A stretch of 64,000 bases of DNA from a virus: the IMG/VR virus record IMGVR_UViG_3300037993_001242, positions 1 through 64,000 of that record. One strand, 5' to 3'. How positions within the stretch are numbered: position 1 is the stretch's first letter; the number at the start of each line of letters is the position of its first letter. The position numbers and the translations under genes are program-made. This document shows positions 29,258 to 39,719 of this stretch, piece by piece. The notes beneath the pieces were generated by a model, which did no database searches, was not told where the DNA came from, and saw only the letters and a program-made list of their open reading frames with translations.

Positions 29258-30187
29258 CTACACCAAGTCCGTCACCAACTTGCAGTCAGACTCCAGCAAA
29301 TCATCGACGGAGATACCGCCGCCGGTGTAACCATTGGCAAATTTGGGCCGCAGGAGCAGATAGGGACGATAGTAGTGCCGGTACTTGTAACCATCAGTGC
29401 AACGACGCATAATGGTGGCAGCTTCTTCGTCGGCGCACTTGCGCACGGTGCCCTGAACCGAAGTTTCCACATCCTGATGCCGCAATAGCTTGTGCTCAAC
29501 GTCAAGGCAGTTCATGTCCTGCCCTTCGAGCTTGATGCCTCCGGCCAAGCGGCACCGGATGGTAAAGTCACTGTGCTCTTCGCCGAATTTGCCAAAAGCC
29601 GCGTCAAAGTAACCCACCTTTTTCAGCAAGGAACGCGTGATGGACAGCATGATGCCCGTAAAGCGAGGCAGCAATTTAACCTTGTACCCGCGCCACGGAT
29701 AAGTCGTCCACTTGTACGATTCAGGATTGCCGGAAATGGCGGGTGAGGCTTTGTCGAAATCACAAAAACAAAAAAGGCCGACGCTCAGGTCGTTGTGCGC
29801 ACTGGCGTAGGCTTTCACGAAGTCGCCGTCTACAAACAGATCGTCGTTGCACAGACACAGATGATCAGCATCCGTTTCGTCCATGAACCATCGAATAATA
29901 CGATTAGTATTTCCGGTGACACCGAGGTTCCTGTCACCCATGAATACTCGTACATTCGGGTAATTTACGCCCATTGGAGCATCAGGCACAACGTACTCTG
30001 TTGCCAACAGGTCTTTGCGTGGTGACGGTTTTCGGCCTTTTTGCAAAAAATCTGCGGTTCCATCACGTTGACCACAGTCTTCTGCAATAGCTGTTGGATA
30101 TTGTGCGCAATGTTTTTGCAAACCTTCCATCATGGTTTGAAGCGCGCCCAAACGTCTGTATGTTAAAATTCCAACGCAAGAAGTCAT
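29258..30187 (-). CDS. glycosyltransferase family 2 (GT-A)
   Basis: ILTYRR, AEDCG, NLGVTGNTN, LCNDD, GKFGEEHSDFT. Confidence 0.8.
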   Translation of the reverse strand: MTSCVGILTYRRLGALQTMMEGLQKHCAQYPTAIAEDCGQRDGTADFLQKGRKPSPRKDLLATEYVVPDAPMGVNYPNVRVFMGDRNLGVTGNTNRIIRWFMDETDADHLCLCNDDLFVDGDFVKAYASAHNDLSVGLFCFCDFDKASPAISGNPESYKWTTYPWRGYKVKLLPRFTGIMLSITRSLLKKVGYFDAAFGKFGEEHSDFTIRCRLAGGIKLEGQDMNCLDVEHKLLRHQDVETSVQGTVRKCADEEAATIMRRCTDGYKYRHYYRPYLLLRPKFANGYTGGGISVDDLLESDCKLVTDLV

Positions 30188-30202
30188 AAACCAGTGTAGT
30201 TA

Positions 30203-30805
30203 ATGATAAACCAAATGAAACGCATAAATTTAATCGGCAAAAAATTTGGACGATTGATCGTAGTAAAGCCCAGCCAGTCTGTCCGAACCAAAACAGGTAT
30301 GTATACAATGTGGCATTGCATTTGCGATTGCGGCAATAAAACAATAGTTAGGACGGCGCATCTTACAGAAGGAAGAACCAAAAGTTGTGGCTGCTTATTC
30401 ATTGAATCTTTGTCGAGCAAACCACGTGGCAGAAAGCCAGAAGGCTTGGCGTACATGCGCTACGTCTTCGGCTATTACGAAAAGAATGCCAAAATACGAG
30501 GCATAAATTTCGAGCTTAATTTTGACGATTTCTGCAAAATTACACAGCAAAATTGTTTTTACTGCGGCGCGACTCCTGTTCAAGGAAACAACAAAAGCCG
30601 TTTAAACCGACCCAACGTTTTTAACGGCATTGTAAAACACAACGGGATAGATCGGATCAACAACACACTGGGTTACGCAGTCAATAACTCCGTTCCCTGT
30701 TGTAAAACTTGCAACTACGCTAAACGACAAATGCCACAACTTGAATTTTACACATGGGTAAAAAGAGTGTACGAGTACCGCGTGTCTTCAGTGCTCAAAG
30801 ATTAG
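30203..30805 (+). CDS. HNH homing endonuclease
   Basis: LIGKKFGRLIV...WHCICDCG...KSCGC; CFYCG...GIDRINNTLGY..NNSVPCCKTCN. Confidence 0.9.
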   Translation: MINQMKRINLIGKKFGRLIVVKPSQSVRTKTGMYTMWHCICDCGNKTIVRTAHLTEGRTKSCGCLFIESLSSKPRGRKPEGLAYMRYVFGYYEKNAKIRGINFELNFDDFCKITQQNCFYCGATPVQGNNKSRLNRPNVFNGIVKHNGIDRINNTLGYAVNNSVPCCKTCNYAKRQMPQLEFYTWVKRVYEYRVSSVLKD

Positions 30806-31027
30806 TTTAACCTTTTCAGACGGTTCAAAAACATTGAATCTTTCGCACATTACAGTTAAAATATCCTCCAATGCTTCCATCGGATAATCTGAAATCGCTG
30901 TAACAGCCACACAGACGACCGGGCAATCGTTGTGGTCTTCGTCAATAATCGCCCATTCCTTACCCAATTCTGGACGTTTTAAGTTCGTCATCCAATCTGT
31001 TTCAAGCTGAACTACTTTAAGTTTCAT
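30788..31027 (-). CDS. hypothetical protein
   Basis: 79 aa; GTATAC 6 nt upstream. Confidence 0.55.
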   Translation of the reverse strand: MKLKVVQLETDWMTNLKRPELGKEWAIIDEDHNDCPVVCVAVTAISDYPMEALEDILTVMCERFNVFEPSEKVKLIFEH

Positions 31028-31042
31028 ACGGGTGTATACAGC

Positions 31043-31408
31043 TTACGTTTTGGGTGGGCGGCCTTCAAAATAACCCACAGCGATGCGCGCCGCCGCCTCT
31101 GGCAAAAGCCCGATGTCGGAGTGCGCGTCCAAGATGAAGACGAGGCAGCGGTAAACGAGCACGATCAACCACGCCAAGGCAAACAGGCACGAGCACAGGA
31201 GCAGTACCGCCGCCTTGATCCACGTCAACTGCCCAGTGACGGCAAACGCCCCGATGGCCAGCAAGCTGAAAAGAATCAACGCAAACATGATCCAATCGTG
31301 CGTCGCGAACAGACCCAATTTGATCTGGGCCTGAAAACGGGTCAGATTGGCATCCTCTGGAACGGGGTCAATGGGCTTGGCCATAAGAATTACACGCGTG
31401 GGCGTCAC
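31043..31408 (-). CDS. two-TM membrane protein
   Basis: Two long hydrophobic helices. Confidence 0.65.
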   Translation of the reverse strand: MTPTRVILMAKPIDPVPEDANLTRFQAQIKLGLFATHDWIMFALILFSLLAIGAFAVTGQLTWIKAAVLLLCSCLFALAWLIVLVYRCLVFILDAHSDIGLLPEAAARIAVGYFEGRPPKT

Positions 31409-32862
31409 TGACAGCTTTCTTTAGCGTGCTGGTCAACCAAAGCGAGTGTTTCGCGCAAGGTCAGATTGTCCGGGGCAAACCAGTAACCCCTGCCGCCCGC
31501 TGTCAATTTGGTTTTCAGTTCCTCGCTGGGATTGCAGAACCGCAGCTTGAGCGGTACGGGCTGCGCGCCGGTGCAAAAAATAAAATGCCGATCTTTGGTC
31601 TCGGACTCCACCGGGCTGAACCATGTTTCGCCCTTCCACACAATTTTGCGGAAGGTCTCTTCGAGGTAGGCGATAACTTCGCTGTCTTTGGAATCGGCTG
31701 CCGCAGGCGTCTCGCCTTCCACGGCGGGCAACATGGCCGGTATCCGAATCTGGCGCGCTCCCAGCAGCTTGGGGCTGATGGTGATCTTGGTCAGCCCGAC
31801 GTTGGCCGCCTCGGTGGCGCAGCTAAAACGCAAACCGCACGAATTACAGATGCGGTGATTTTTCTGATACAACACGCCGTAGCACGAAAGTTCATGGCCG
31901 AGGACGGTCGGGATTTTGGCTCCCACTTCTTCGAGCATCTCCGCCACCTGCTTGTTGACCTTCAAATACTGATCCCGTGCCGCCAAAGTCAGCAACCGCC
32001 GCGTCAAGATGTCATCAGCCACCGGCGGGATTTGCAGACCAAAAACTTCTTTCAATTGGGAGAGGATGGCGCTGTGCCGGGAATTTTGTTCGTGTTGTTC
32101 TTCGCTCATACTGCGGTAATTGTTGATTTTTACTCGTATGGATAGAACAGCTTCTTCAAAAAGTTCGGGCGCTAAACCGATGCCCTTGGCCATGTGCTCG
32201 TGCTTGATCTTGACCGAAGTTTTTCCGGGTTTCTTGTGGAAGTAGGCATCCAGCAGCGCGTAACCGTAGGCCAGATCGTTGGCCTGAATCAATTGCTTAA
32301 AAACCAATTTCTCTACTTCGGTCAGCAAGACGGCATATTCATCGGCAACCTCATGCAGCGTTTCGTGAGGGCGGCTGCCTTCGTCAGGCACCTGCAAATT
32401 CAAATCGGGATCGTCGAGGCTCAGTTCGACGCTCTTGTGGTATTCCGGCACCGGCGGGGCGTCATCGTCGGGATCGACCACCTTGGGCAGAAAGCGCTGT
32501 CCCCGTGGCGGTGGTTTGACTCCAGTGCGCTTTTCGGTGAACCGATATTTTTGCACCCGGCTACGGGCCTGATTGTTGATGGACGCTTTGAAAAATTTGA
32601 AGAAGTCGGCGCGACTGTGCTGGCGATCCAGTTCGCCGCGATGCAAAAGTTCGGCCAACTTTAACCGGCCCTCGCCCACCATTTCGTCAAATTGCAGGTG
32701 GGGTGACGTGTGGTCGGAAAAGCGCTGGGCGACCGAGGCGATCAGTCGCGAAATGTCCGGCATCATTTCATCCAGCACCGGCGGTCGCAGCGTGGATTCT
32801 TTAAAAATCAACGAATATCGGCGGATACTGGGCCGCATCTGCTCGAAAAGTTCAGATGTCAT
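31405..32862 (-). CDS. sigma70-like transcription factor with C-terminal Cys-containing domain
   Basis: Region-2-like FDEMVGEGRLKL...FFKFFKASINNQAR; region-4-like LTEVEKLVF...HEHMAKGIGL; CYG...CNSC..C. Confidence 0.6.
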   Translation of the reverse strand: MTSELFEQMRPSIRRYSLIFKESTLRPPVLDEMMPDISRLIASVAQRFSDHTSPHLQFDEMVGEGRLKLAELLHRGELDRQHSRADFFKFFKASINNQARSRVQKYRFTEKRTGVKPPPRGQRFLPKVVDPDDDAPPVPEYHKSVELSLDDPDLNLQVPDEGSRPHETLHEVADEYAVLLTEVEKLVFKQLIQANDLAYGYALLDAYFHKKPGKTSVKIKHEHMAKGIGLAPELFEEAVLSIRVKINNYRSMSEEQHEQNSRHSAILSQLKEVFGLQIPPVADDILTRRLLTLAARDQYLKVNKQVAEMLEEVGAKIPTVLGHELSCYGVLYQKNHRICNSCGLRFSCATEAANVGLTKITISPKLLGARQIRIPAMLPAVEGETPAAADSKDSEVIAYLEETFRKIVWKGETWFSPVESETKDRHFIFCTGAQPVPLKLRFCNPSEELKTKLTAGGRGYWFAPDNLTLRETLALVDQHAKESCQ

Positions 32863-33859
32863 TATTCTCGTCATAGATCGAGTACTCTCCATAACGCCGG
32901 GGATCGAGCGTGTCCACCATTTCTTCAAAAATTTGCTGCGCCGACCGGGGCGTCTTTTTGAATTTTTTGGCGATCTCCGCCACGGCATCCGGGTCTTGGT
33001 CGCTCTTGTCTACAGCGTGATACAGCGCGTAATTTTCCTTGAGCTTGGCCAGATGGTTGATCGTGGGAATCTTCAAGCGCTTGCCGCCCCAGATGGCGAT
33101 CAACTGCTTGATCTGCTCCCACGTGAGGATTTCCCGCAGGTCAACAATGTGATCGTAACTCTCCGCCGCCACAAACAAATCCTGTTCCGTAAATGGCATG
33201 TGGATGCGGTCGTACATGGCGTGCCGCAACGCCGACAGCGCCCATGAATAAAAGAATTTGGACAATTCGTGGCTAATGCCATAGGCGTAGGCCGCTGAAC
33301 GAATGGCCGCGTGCTTGTCGTGCTCGTCGTCGTCAATTACGCACTCGATCAGGTAGCGAATGGCTCCGATCTCCTGTGGATCACCCCAGCGGCAGGTCAT
33401 GTTTTCAATCTTGTCCCGGACTTCCTTGGCCAAATCATGCTTGTCGACCTCGTGATCCTCGACGCCATAAAACTTTTCCAGATGCTCACTGGTGACGTGG
33501 AAACGTTTCCGATACTGGTTGACCTTGACCAGTTCGGAGCGGAAGGCATTTTTGGCACACTTGCTAAACCACGAAAAAAGCCGTCCTTTTTTGGGCTGCC
33601 ACTTGATCAGCCACTTGACGACTTTTTCCTGCGCGGCTCCCACCAAGATCGGCAAATCAACGGTGTAATGAAAATCCTCGTACTGGGCCAACCGCTCGAA
33701 CATGGCCGTGGAACCCTCCACAATCTGCTCCAAGACCAGCATGGCCTCCTTGTGCCGCCCGGCGGCGGATAGTTCCTTCCACTTTACCGCCAGTGGCGTT
33801 AATTGCGAGGCAGGAAAAATGTGCTCGTTTACGTCTGCTTCTTTTTTAACCCTCGGCAT
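32852..33859 (-). CDS. gp55-like late sigma factor with Mor-like C-terminal HTH
   Basis: KWQPKKGRLFSWFSKCAKNAF resembles sigma region 2 of gp55-type factors; IWGGKRLKIP...EIAKKFKKTPRSAQQI resembles Mor. Confidence 0.65.
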   Translation of the reverse strand: MPRVKKEADVNEHIFPASQLTPLAVKWKELSAAGRHKEAMLVLEQIVEGSTAMFERLAQYEDFHYTVDLPILVGAAQEKVVKWLIKWQPKKGRLFSWFSKCAKNAFRSELVKVNQYRKRFHVTSEHLEKFYGVEDHEVDKHDLAKEVRDKIENMTCRWGDPQEIGAIRYLIECVIDDDEHDKHAAIRSAAYAYGISHELSKFFYSWALSALRHAMYDRIHMPFTEQDLFVAAESYDHIVDLREILTWEQIKQLIAIWGGKRLKIPTINHLAKLKENYALYHAVDKSDQDPDAVAEIAKKFKKTPRSAQQIFEEMVDTLDPRRYGEYSIYDENNDI

Positions 33860-33884
33860 ATCGATTTCATCCGCTACAGATGCG

Positions 33885-34661
33885 TTAACCTCGGCTGGCG
33901 CTGGGAATCACCGTCCGACGATTGATTTCATCGATAATTTTGTCCAGCCGTTCTTTGATCTCCTTACCTTCGAGTGTCCGGTCATGAATTTCAAGCAACT
34001 GGGACGCGCAGATCAAATTGCTGTTGACCGCGCAACCAACGGCAAAGGGCACCACGCTATTTTGCGCCTGCGTGGGCGGTGAAGCAACCGTCACCATGAT
34101 CGGCTCCGCCTGATGTGGCTTGGGGCGCTTGGGGCGTTCCGCTGGCGCTTTTTTCTCGGCGGGCGCTGGCGGCGCAGGCTCAACTTTCGGTTTTTCCGCC
34201 TCCACCGGTGCCGTTTTGGGAACCTCGACTTTGGACACGGACTGCCGTTTCCTTCCCGGCTTTTTTGGTTTTGCAGCGGTGGTTTCTGGAACGGCAGCCT
34301 TTTGAACCGCAGGCTTTTGAACTGCAACTTTGCGCCGTTTTTTTCTTGTCTTGGATGCGGCGGGTTCAATTTTCGGCTCAGCCTTGGGAAGTGCCGCCAT
34401 ACTGCCGTTGCCGCCGTGAAGAATCATATCAATTGCCAGTTGGACGATCTTGTCCTTGCCATAGAAACTGGCATCGTGGCCGTTGGCGTGAATACGCTCC
34501 GTCACGTCCACCACTTCCTTCGGAAACTCGACTTTATCCCCATTGGGTTTCAGGACTACCTCGGTTTTGCCGCCCATTCGTGCTTTGAGTGCAGGTTCGG
34601 TTGCGATCACGTCAGCCACCCGCTGGTATCGCATGAAGTTGGGTTTGGTCTCGTCGCTCAT
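33885..34661 (-). CDS. hypothetical protein with Lys/Pro-rich linker
   Basis: 258 aa ORF. Confidence 0.65.
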   Translation of the reverse strand: MSDETKPNFMRYQRVADVIATEPALKARMGGKTEVVLKPNGDKVEFPKEVVDVTERIHANGHDASFYGKDKIVQLAIDMILHGGNGSMAALPKAEPKIEPAASKTRKKRRKVAVQKPAVQKAAVPETTAAKPKKPGRKRQSVSKVEVPKTAPVEAEKPKVEPAPPAPAEKKAPAERPKRPKPHQAEPIMVTVASPPTQAQNSVVPFAVGCAVNSNLICASQLLEIHDRTLEGKEIKERLDKIIDEINRRTVIPSASRG

Positions 34662-34764
34662 AAAAAATTTATTGCAACAGTGTTACTGTCGTTTGTAACT
34701 GGGTTAAAAATTTTCTCAAGAAATTTCGTGACGTATACATGACAAATTTATCCACACCTATTTA

Positions 34765-35298
34765 CTAATTGTCCACCGAGTTATCCACGGCCTCTTCCGC
34801 AACCTCTTCCACGGCCTCCACCGTCGGCAGAATGCGGTTGACTGAATTGCGAAAAGCTTCACGCAAATTAAGCAATTGCTCCGTATAGGCACCGAAGCGC
34901 TCCACCGTGCGAATAAATTCGACGATTTCCGGCGTGCGCGTACTCAGATGAATGCCGTCGTCATCTTTTTCAGCCACGAGTCGCATCAATCCCCGGTGCA
35001 ACATGATCTTGCGCCGCTGTTCGTCGGCGGCGCTCCATGCGCCATAATCAACGACCAGTATAAAATGTGGTTTCTTGGACATGAACAAACGCTCCACCGG
35101 CCCAATGCGCTTGACCGAAACCGCTTCACCTGTACACGGTTGGCTTTCGCCATCCTTGTCCATGCGTATGCGCATACACGGCAGCACAATGATGCTCAGT
35201 TCCCGCAAAGCCTCAAATTCGCTGAGGGCCGCGTCTTCGATCATGCTGGCCACGTCGTGTTCCAGTTCCTTGTCCATGTCGTATTCGATGTTTGCCAT
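34765..35298 (-). CDS. phage metallopeptidase-like protein, degenerate active site
   Basis: FILVVDYGAW...RRKIMLHRGLMRL where HEL.H is expected. Confidence 0.5.
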   Translation of the reverse strand: MANIEYDMDKELEHDVASMIEDAALSEFEALRELSIIVLPCMRIRMDKDGESQPCTGEAVSVKRIGPVERLFMSKKPHFILVVDYGAWSAADEQRRKIMLHRGLMRLVAEKDDDGIHLSTRTPEIVEFIRTVERFGAYTEQLLNLREAFRNSVNRILPTVEAVEEVAEEAVDNSVDN

Positions 35299-35301
35299 AA
35301 A

Positions 35302-36669
35302 TCAGGTCTCCTCTATGTCTTCCACCAGATCATCATCCGCGAGGACGGCCCCATCCAGTCCGGGCGTGTTAAACGTATAGACGACAGCCGCTTGCCAGAG
35401 TTTTTCAATGTCGTCCTTGTGCTCCGCGTAAAACTTGGGCCACTCGGAACGGTACTTGAAACCGGGGTCTTTGCGGCTGGCCCGCCGGGGCTTGACCGCG
35501 TCGTCGTCTTCGTCGAGCGTGGTTTTAACCTGCGCCTCGCCAAAGGTCGTGGGCACGATGCCATTCTTGGCAAATTTACACGTGAAATCCGTGCCCTTTT
35601 CCTTGCTCACTTCGATGAAGCCCGTGAAGATCAGGTTTTCCAGCAAGCTGAATTCGTTGTTCAACCCGCCGTGATCTTTGTCGTAAAGCAGAACCATGCG
35701 GCCATCCCTGTCCTGCGGACGCAGCCGGTTTTTGACCGAATGAAAGGCAATGAGCAGCCCTGCCGGAAACTTGGCGTCGGGCAGCAGCTTGTATTTAGAC
35801 GCCAGCGCTTGCACAAAAATCCGGTGCGTGCTGTAAAACTTCAAAGCATAACCGCCCGGACTCGAAAATTGCCAGCTTTGGGGCGCGCCACTGCCGCTGC
35901 GTCCGCCCGTGACCGGCGCGCCTTGTTGAAATTTGGTGCGCACCTGATTGGTGCAGATCATGCAGGCGTTCATCACGTTCAAGCGCCGGACGATCTTGCT
36001 GAAGCCCTTGCTGATTTCTCCGGGTACACGCGGGAAGTCGCGTTTGCCCCACGCTGCCGCCAGTTCTTCGCGGGAACTGGTGCTGGCAATCGTGTCAACA
36101 ATGATGACGAGAAATTGCAGTTTGGGTTCCTTGCCTGATTTTTCGGCGGCGTCGGCATTGGCGTCGGCCCTTGCTTCGGCACCATCCAGAAAATCGTTGG
36201 TCATCTTGAAAACCCCTTCGATGGTGTCGCAGCGGCCCGTGATGACATCCAGTTTTTTGCCGTCGACAATGAGCTTGTTGTCCTCGTCCAAGGAACCTTC
36301 GTTGTCGATGTAAAGCACCGCCACGTCGTAATCGTCCGGGTTCAGCGGGTGGTAGCTCAAAGTGCCGTTTTCATCCCGGACGACCTGACTGATGCAACCT
36401 TCACGAGCACGGATCGCCGTGCGGATCGCCATCGCGGTTTTGCCGCTGTTTTCCAGTCCGATGTATTCGACAATCCGGCCAAAGGGAAAACCGCCCGATA
36501 CTTCGTCGAATGACGCAATGCCCGTGGTCAGGACATACTTGATCTTCGACAAAATGAGTTTGTTACTGGCCGACACTTCGTACGTGCCCCATTCAGCACT
36601 GCTGGGGGCGTGTCGATTCATGCTGGCCAGCACGAAGTCCTGCAAATCTGCTGGTACTTTTTTGCTCAT
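35302..36669 (-). CDS. recA: RecA/UvsX recombinase
   Basis: TTGIASFD..SGGFPFGRIVEYIGLENSGKT, IIVDTIA, TNQVR, GGYALKFYS. Confidence 0.95.
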   Translation of the reverse strand: MSKKVPADLQDFVLASMNRHAPSSAEWGTYEVSASNKLILSKIKYVLTTGIASFDEVSGGFPFGRIVEYIGLENSGKTAMAIRTAIRAREGCISQVVRDENGTLSYHPLNPDDYDVAVLYIDNEGSLDEDNKLIVDGKKLDVITGRCDTIEGVFKMTNDFLDGAEARADANADAAEKSGKEPKLQFLVIIVDTIASTSSREELAAAWGKRDFPRVPGEISKGFSKIVRRLNVMNACMICTNQVRTKFQQGAPVTGGRSGSGAPQSWQFSSPGGYALKFYSTHRIFVQALASKYKLLPDAKFPAGLLIAFHSVKNRLRPQDRDGRMVLLYDKDHGGLNNEFSLLENLIFTGFIEVSKEKGTDFTCKFAKNGIVPTTFGEAQVKTTLDEDDDAVKPRRASRKDPGFKYRSEWPKFYAEHKDDIEKLWQAAVVYTFNTPGLDGAVLADDDLVEDIEET

Positions 36670-37967
36670 GCGCCACGCTTGGTTAAGCTGTCAATTTTGC
36701 CTTTGATTTGCGTGCCCATACCGCCTCGCCGGGTAACAGCGGGTGGTTCTGGCGCGCCCGCATCAGCTTGCTCCACCGGCGCGTCGGCGGGCGGAGCTTG
36801 ATCGGTCGCCTCTTCCGGCAAATCTTCCTCTTCGCCCACTTCTTCGGGCGGCGCAGCCGTTGCTTCGGAAGCGACGGCCCGTGTCCGATTGGGTGAAGGA
36901 GCCAACTTGGTTGCCGGGGCCGGAACCGAACGACGAACTGGCGGAGCCGGAGCTTCAACCACTTCTGCCGGGGCCGCCGCAGCCGCTGGACGGCGCGGAG
37001 CAGGCTTTTCCGGGTTTAATTCGGGATTGGAATCGTCTTCCGGCGGAGCTTCCGTGGATTCATCAACTGCCGCCGGTGCCGACGTGGGCCGCCGGGCGGG
37101 ACTGGCTGTTGTCCCCCGTGGACGAGTAACCGGCGCAGCCGGTTCGTCGTCGTGCTCCTGATAACCACCTTCACCACCCTCTTCGGCTTCTTCCGGTGCG
37201 GCGGATGTGCGGCGGCGGCGTGCGCCGCCTTCAGGAGCTTCACCGCCTTGCAGTTTGTCAGCCCATTCCTGAATTTTCTGCGAAAAGATGTAAAGTTGGT
37301 CGTTTGTCGGAATCGTAACTTTGGGCAGCTTGATCCCGGCCTCGATCTTCTCGATGTAAGACTTGAAATTGGGTTCTTTCAAATCAAAGATGGGGCCGCT
37401 GTCCTGCTTGTCGAGCTTCATGCCCTTACCCGTCCGTGTTACAACAAAGTCGTTGCCCATGCGGTAATCGAAGACGCTGTCGGGGCTGCGCCGCAGTCCG
37501 GCTTTGTAAAAAGCCATCAATTCCTCGAAACTGCTTTTGTAGTGGGCAAATTCGTACGGCAGCAAGACTTCCCGCATCATTTGAGCCACGCCGTCCTTTT
37601 CAAAAACCACGCAATAGGTCAACCACTGCGGCTGGCCGAACGATTTGAAACCAAACTTGGAAACATCCGGGTCAGGACTCTCGTTGAGCGCCGCTGCCAC
37701 GTCGCAGCACGGGCAATCTGCATCCGGGTCGCCGCCAAAATCCGGCGATGTATTGCGCGGACAGATGATGGGTTTCATGGACAGCCAGTGCTGGGCAACG
37801 CGGGCGAACCACGTACCTTTCGGCCCCAGCTTGGCGGGTAAAAAGCGGATTAACCACATTTTACCACGCTCCATTTTAATGCGACGGCGTGCGTTGGATT
37901 GCGCCTGCAAAAATTGTCCCTCGTAGTCACAGGCTGCGAGGATGTCGGGATTAACATTTGTGCTCAT
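36666..37967 (-). CDS. single-stranded DNA-binding protein (gp32-like) with long disordered tail
   Basis: IRFLP...HW...ICP...CPCCD; Pro/Ala/Glu-rich C-terminus; adjacent to recA. Confidence 0.85.
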   Translation of the reverse strand: MSTNVNPDILAACDYEGQFLQAQSNARRRIKMERGKMWLIRFLPAKLGPKGTWFARVAQHWLSMKPIICPRNTSPDFGGDPDADCPCCDVAAALNESPDPDVSKFGFKSFGQPQWLTYCVVFEKDGVAQMMREVLLPYEFAHYKSSFEELMAFYKAGLRRSPDSVFDYRMGNDFVVTRTGKGMKLDKQDSGPIFDLKEPNFKSYIEKIEAGIKLPKVTIPTNDQLYIFSQKIQEWADKLQGGEAPEGGARRRRTSAAPEEAEEGGEGGYQEHDDEPAAPVTRPRGTTASPARRPTSAPAAVDESTEAPPEDDSNPELNPEKPAPRRPAAAAAPAEVVEAPAPPVRRSVPAPATKLAPSPNRTRAVASEATAAPPEEVGEEEDLPEEATDQAPPADAPVEQADAGAPEPPAVTRRGGMGTQIKGKIDSLTKRGA

Positions 37968-37968
37968 T

Positions 37969-38466
37969 TTATGTATGTCTGGTTGATGGTGGTGTTGCTG
38001 ATTTTTCGAGGACATCCGGCGGCACTTCAATCAAGCGTCGTCGTGTGGCCTCGGACGTACGTACCAAATCCAATTTGGCGATTATCGCCTCGATCACGCT
38101 GTTGTATACTTCGAGCCAGCGCTTGGCCGAGGCATACTCCGCCGCTGCCTGCGAAACCGACTGATCCAGAAGAACGGCTTTCTTCAGCGCCTCTTCGGTC
38201 ATCTTGTCGCCGTAACCTTTTTCAATGAAACCGCCGTTACGCAACTCGAAATAGACGCGGGCCTCGGTCTCGTTCCATTCCTGTTCGGTAATGGTCAGCC
38301 GTTCGTAGGCATAACCCCGATGAAAACCCAGCCACGCAATGGCGGCGGGAAGCTGTTCGGAAGCCTCTCGAACATCCTCGAATTCGGAATTAAGCAAGTA
38401 ATCAATGTCCAACGTCTCGTTGCCGACCTTGATATTTTTGAGTTTGGGTACGACGATTTTTTTCAT
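37969..38466 (-). CDS. UvsY-like recombination mediator
   Basis: Helical 165 aa, ARVYFELR..MTEEALKKAVLLD; next to SSB and RecA. Confidence 0.55.
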   Translation of the reverse strand: MKKIVVPKLKNIKVGNETLDIDYLLNSEFEDVREASEQLPAAIAWLGFHRGYAYERLTITEQEWNETEARVYFELRNGGFIEKGYGDKMTEEALKKAVLLDQSVSQAAAEYASAKRWLEVYNSVIEAIIAKLDLVRTSEATRRRLIEVPPDVLEKSATPPSTRHT

Positions 38467-39701
38467 TTGGCTTTGAACTGGCCGAGGGTGGCGTTTGCGC
38501 TTTCGACCATGTCCACCTTTTGTAGAACGTGCTTTGGTTCGACCGTGGCCAGAACTTCGCAAACTATTTGACCGCCTGCGCGGGGACATTTGTGGTGCGG
38601 AAATTCAGCGTAGGCAAAACAGGGCGCGTGATTGCAATCGTTCTCATTCCACACCGCCAAATCCATGTAAGTTTTGTCATAACCGATGCGCACCCCCGGA
38701 TCAAGGTTGCCCCACACCGAAACCGCCGGAGTATTGAGCGCCTGTGCGATATACAGCGGCGCGGAATCCAAGCACAACACGCAGGTTGCCTGTTTGATCA
38801 GGGCCATCAACACGCGCAAGGGCGTGGCGTCAATGGCGTTGATCACGCCGCCCCCCAGATTGGCCAGATGATTTTGAAACGAGCCGAAACTCATGTCCGT
38901 GTCCGGGACACGCAGTTTTGAATTGCCCACCACCAACGTCGGCCTGCGCTGGCCAAGTTGCTTGATGATCTCCAGCCATGTCTTGTAATTCATGCAGCGC
39001 AAGGACGAATTGGCCACGGGAGCCACCACGTAGTAACCCATGCGCCGCAGGTCAATTTTGCGCTGGTCAAAGATGGTTTTGAACACCGCGTCCAGATTCA
39101 AAAAATCATCACTGATAACCGTGGCCGAGGGCCGTTTCCAGCGCGGATCAATCTGCTCGTAATCAAAACCCAGTTGTTTGAAAAGCGCGTCGTATACATT
39201 AAGTTGATCCTGCTCCTCGTCGCACTCCGTTACCGATCCCACCAGCCAGTGGTAGTTGTAAAATTTAAGATGGTCGTACTCCAGCGGGCCGCACAACACC
39301 GTGCGGTGGTACAACAGGGGAGAATGCGACAGGACTGCGCCCCGGTCGCTGTAGGCATAGAGATCAACCTTGACATTGCCGCCGGTAACGTGATTCAAAT
39401 AGCCCAGCGGGCCGGTGAGAAAGAGCAGATCGCCGATGCCCCGTTCGCGAAACCGTTCGACCAGTATCTTGGCCCCGGTGATGTTCCGGCCCGCGTGCAA
39501 TTGATTGTGCAGCGGGGCTGAGTCAAATTCGGAAACCGATTCAATATATTGGTGGATGGAAGGAATGCGCGCTGCGTTGATGATGTACCGGCGGTTGGGG
39601 TTCAACAGCCACGTTTCCTCTTCGGTCTGGTGCCAAAGCATCGGTTGATTTACCGTGACAATGACATAATGCGAATTAGACGGCAGTTTGGATGCTTGCA
39701 T
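38463..39701 (-). CDS. glycosyltransferase family 9-like (GT-B)
   Basis: RGIGDLLFLT, CVLCLDSAPLYIAQALNTPAVSVWG. Confidence 0.85.
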   Translation of the reverse strand: MQASKLPSNSHYVIVTVNQPMLWHQTEEETWLLNPNRRYIINAARIPSIHQYIESVSEFDSAPLHNQLHAGRNITGAKILVERFRERGIGDLLFLTGPLGYLNHVTGGNVKVDLYAYSDRGAVLSHSPLLYHRTVLCGPLEYDHLKFYNYHWLVGSVTECDEEQDQLNVYDALFKQLGFDYEQIDPRWKRPSATVISDDFLNLDAVFKTIFDQRKIDLRRMGYYVVAPVANSSLRCMNYKTWLEIIKQLGQRRPTLVVGNSKLRVPDTDMSFGSFQNHLANLGGGVINAIDATPLRVLMALIKQATCVLCLDSAPLYIAQALNTPAVSVWGNLDPGVRIGYDKTYMDLAVWNENDCNHAPCFAYAEFPHHKCPRAGGQIVCEVLATVEPKHVLQKVDMVESANATLGQFKAK

Positions 39702-39719
39702 CGTCGTGAAAGAACGGAA

